DNA from: Thiobacillus sp.
GTDB taxonomy: Bacteria; Pseudomonadota; Gammaproteobacteria; Burkholderiales; Thiobacillaceae
NCBI GenBank assembly: GCA_020057245.1
Contig: JAGVGD010000175.1
Coordinates: 10,353 to 74,352, forward strand
Direction of reading: 5' to 3'
DNA: 64,000 bases
Shown here: piece by piece, positions 62,906 through 64,000 of the stretch
How the letters are laid out: the number at the start of each line of letters is the position of its first letter
How positions within the stretch are numbered: the stretch's first letter is position 1
Made by a program: the position numbers and the translations under genes
The notes under the pieces: model-generated
Told to the model about the DNA's origin: nothing
The model's database searches: none
The model's input: only the letters and a program-made list of their open reading frames with translations

Positions 62906-63682
62906 TCAATCCAGCAGAGGTGCAATCCCGGCTGCCCACTGAAAATCCCGCGCAAAACCGCGCAGGTCCAGACCATATCGCGTCGACAGTTCGGCCAGCC
63001 GCGGGCGGGCAGTTTCAAGCCGCGCCATCGCGCCCGGCTCGGCAAATGCAAAGATGATGATGTTGGTCTTGTTCTGTACCGAGAGCCAGCCCACTTCGCC
63101 GTCGAACGCGCGCGTCAGACGCGCAAAGTACTCGGCAAAATCGCCGTCGCGTCCCCACAGGTTCACCACTAGCACCCCGCCCGGACGCAATGCGCGGCGG
63201 CAGGCCGCATAAAACGTCTGCGTCGCCAGCGCCTCGACCTGATTGCCCGAATCGAAGCCGTCGAGCAGGATGACGTCGGCGCTGCTGGCATGCTGGCGCA
63301 TGTAGAGCGCGCCATCCGCTTCCACCACGGTCAGGGTTTCATCGTCGGGCGGCAACTCGAAATGCGCGCGGGCAGCGGCAATCACCCGGGGATCGATTTC
63401 CACCGCGGTGATATGGGTCTGCGGGCGCTGCTTGCGGATGAACTTGGCAAGCGAACCGCCGCCGAGGCCGATCATCAACACGTCTTGCGGCGTCGAATGG
63501 AACATCAGAAAGCCCATCATCGCGCGGGTATAAGCCAGTTCCAGATCCCACGGCCGGGTGATCCGCATCGCACTCTGGATTGCGCGGCTCCCCAGATGCA
63601 ACACACGCATGCCGCGTTCTTCGGTCACTTCCAGCCCGGCATCGTCTGCCCGACGTTTGCCTATTTTCAAGCGCATGGCCAT
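62906..63682 (-). CDS. Spermidine synthase-like SAM-dependent transferase
   Basis: [44 protein letters not shown]. Confidence 0.85.
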   Translation of the reverse strand: MAMRLKIGKRRADDAGLEVTEERGMRVLHLGSRAIQSAMRITRPWDLELAYTRAMMGFLMFHSTPQDVLMIGLGGGSLAKFIRKQRPQTHITAVEIDPRVIAAARAHFELPPDDETLTVVEADGALYMRQHASSADVILLDGFDSGNQVEALATQTFYAACRRALRPGGVLVVNLWGRDGDFAEYFARLTRAFDGEVGWLSVQNKTNIIIFAFAEPGAMARLETARPRLAELSTRYGLDLRGFARDFQWAAGIAPLLD

Positions 63683-63765
63683 TCCACCCCCAAAATCGAG
63701 CGCGGAAGATTACACGTCCGCGCGGTAAAATGCCGCCCTTCGTATTTTATTGCCCTGTTTCCACC

Positions 63766-64000
63766 ATGCGCGCCAGCCAGTTTTTCATTTCCACCACCAA
63801 GGAAGCCCCTTCCGAAGCCGAACTGATCAGCCACAAACTGATGCTGCGCGCCGGGCTGATCAAGCGCCTCGGTTCCGGTCTGTACACCTGGATGCCGCTG
63901 GGCTTGCGCGTGCTGCGGCGGGTGGAGGCGGTGGTGCGCGAGGAAATGAACCGTGCCGGTGCGATCGAACTGCTGATGCCCGCAGTGCAACCGGCCGAAC
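63766..64000 (+). CDS. proS: Prolyl-tRNA synthetase, 5' part (runs off window)
   Basis: [51 protein letters not shown]. Confidence 0.95.
   Translation, partial: MRASQFFISTTKEAPSEAELISHKLMLRAGLIKRLGSGLYTWMPLGLRVLRRVEAVVREEMNRAGAIELLMPAVQPAE

Overview
GC-rich core-genome window from a betaproteobacterial sulfur oxidiser, most similar in gene content to Thiobacillus (inferred, not searched). Housekeeping blocks: pstS-lipoprotein-pstC under Pho boxes; rlmE-ftsH-folP-glmM; bamE-dapB-grx-carAB-greA; fur; proB; dapA-bamC-rhlE; rsxABCDGE-nth; rpoE-rseABC-mucD; nadB; ygfZ; rpsF-priB-rpsR-rplI-dnaB-alr; apbC-dcd-amino acid decarboxylase; rppH; start of proS. I saw no tRNA, rRNA, CRISPR array, transposase or prophage. 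Best candidates for undescribed biology: (1) a divergent oxidative-stress island (rubrerythrin/Fe-S oxidoreductase/DUF3501/cfa opposite a 1-Cys msrB, a flavin reductase resembling eukaryotic OXNAD1 and a SoxH-like hydrolase) with a 7-1-7 palindrome that recurs upstream of ftsH; (2) an orphan secreted SoxB-like hydrolase with altered metal ligands, followed by a stand-alone Cache-like protein upstream of rsx; (3) a two-repeat lipoprotein between pstS and pstC. Smaller signals: a PEP-CTERM gene scar, a DsrC/TusE paralog without C-terminal cysteines, a carA leader hairpin and DnaA boxes at dnaB. All family assignments come from motif recognition and recall; no database search was run.
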